9,793 bases of DNA from Tubiluchus corallicola (lineage: Eukaryota > Animalia > Priapulida), in the NCBI GenBank assembly GCA_030141605.1, contig JAQGDQ010002193.1, positions 1 to 9,793 on the forward strand, read 5' to 3'. Below, piece after piece: positions 8,562-9,793 of this stretch (position 1 is its first letter; every line of letters begins with the position of its first letter). A model generated the notes under the pieces. The model worked only from the letters and a program-made list of their open reading frames with translations, did not search any database and was not told the origin of the DNA. The translations under genes were made by a program, and so were the position numbers.

Positions 8562-9501
8562 TAGTGGGGTGCTGCCTTAGAACATTTTTAGCCATTGTTT
8601 TAATACTGTGTAAAACGAAATAAATATGTATAGTTTTAATGTTGTAATTTGTAATTGTAATTTTAAACAAACAAACGTACCAAAATTTATACGTAAACTT
8701 GATAGAAGTTGTAGTACTACGGTACTTATACGCGAGCCGCCACTGCAAATAAGTTACGAACATATTGCACGGTAAAGGTACTTTAGTAAACATAGTTACT
8801 ATTTATTCCTTTTGTTTGCTGTAGTAATAAATAGAAGTTTCTTATCCAGTCAGGTGTTAATGAGTTTGACATGTAAGTTACAGGTGTTGACAGGTAAGTT
8901 ACCTCATGTAACAATATTAACAAGTTGAACAGACGGTTGAAGTTTACAGTTTCTCCACACACAAGAACAGTGGCACCTCGTGTATAGGTACTGTGCAACT
9001 GCAGCGCCCCCTATTTTCACTCGATATTATCGATAATCTTTAATATAATAAGCCTTTTTTAATATTCAATTTAATAAAGTGTTTTTCTTTAGTTCTTTCT
9101 TTATACTTGTACGGAACCAGAGCACCTGAGGGTAGTACTGTTTGCTTCACAGCCCAGCACAGTGGTGTGTTTGGCTGTTGTGCGCATGCGGCCATACGCA
9201 CATGACTGACATAGGGTGCCGTACGCTGCACTGCTAGCATCTGCTGCTAGGTAGACAAAGTACTGTCGCTCACACAGTTTGTTGTCACATGCTTAAAAAC
9301 CGTGTACCACCATATTCTTGAACTGCGGAAGTTTGGGCTATTCGTAAGCGAAATTTTTGTATCAAGTTTATGTATAAATTTTCGTATGCTTGTTTTTTTA
9401 AAATTACAATAACAAATTACAACATTAAATTACGTGTTTGTTTCATTTTACACAGTATTAAAACAATGGCTAAAAATTTTCTGAAGCAGCACATCCCACT
9501 A
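8562..9501. mobile_element. Non-autonomous foldback-type element with ~143 bp terminal inverted repeats (TAG...CTA ends; possibly Academ-like)
   Basis: 8562-8704 aligns to the reverse complement of 9360-9501, with a 32-nt perfect core (8584-8615 / 9446-9477). Termini are TAGTGGG / CCCACTA. The 655-nt interior has no recognisable coding region. No TSD match. Confidence 0.75.
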
Positions 9502-9534
9502 ATTTTAACTAGAAAGAAATTAGTTTGCGAAGCA

Positions 9535-9793
9535 GATTAGGATTGCGGTTAGGATTAAAATTAGCATATAGCTAGGATTAGGGTTAGGGAAGGGCTAGGA
9601 TTAGGGTTAGGGGAGGGGTAGGATTAGGGTTAGTATTATGGTTAGGGTTAGGGTGGGGATTAGAATTAGGTTAGGCTTAGGATTAGGATTAGTATTAGGG
9701 TTGTGATTAGAATTAAGGTTAGGGTTAGGATTAAGATTAGTATTAGGGTTCGGATTAGGATTAGTATTAGGGTTAGGGTTAGGATTAGTATTA
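9535..9793 (+). repeat. Degenerate telomere-like hexamer array (TTAGGG/TTAGGA/TTAGTA), truncated by the window edge
   Basis: TTAGNN units with many TTAGGG copies; higher-order 23-nt and 18-nt units are visible. Confidence 0.92.

Noticed and set aside
8521-9240. Three short minus-strand ORFs within the foldback element
   Set aside because: No DDE, THAP, helicase or other recognisable motif; one overlaps the AT-rich TIR.
1-9793. Prokaryotic-type systems (CRISPR array, operon, tRNA/rRNA genes)
   Set aside because: This is a spliceosomal-intron eukaryotic locus; no repeat-spacer periodicity, tRNA cloverleaf or rRNA sequence was seen.

Overview
AT-rich, intron-containing eukaryotic (metazoan, probably invertebrate) genomic DNA. 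The window holds the first eight coding exons of a + strand SGT-family co-chaperone gene (SGTA/SGTB-like small glutamine-rich TPR protein): join(1522..1621,3086..3198,4268..4331,4819..4918,5587..5691,5851..5995,6723..6809,7622..7659). All introns are GT-AG, the phases are consistent, and 250 codons read through without a stop. The Q-rich C-terminus and stop codon are not in the window. The supplied ORF track consists of exon read-throughs or chance ORFs. The introns are packed with non-autonomous mobile DNA: a pogo/Tigger-like MITE, a hAT/Charlie-like MITE, truncated pogo-like and hAT-like ends, a probable LINE 3' end, and a ~940 bp element bounded by ~143 bp inverted repeats that has a third copy in intron 2. 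There is also a (TATTAC)n microsatellite and a degenerate telomere-like (TTAGGG/TTAGGA/TTAGTA) array running off the right edge. I see no convincing novel protein-coding system. The most interesting signals are repeat-derived structures that could affect SGT pre-mRNA processing.
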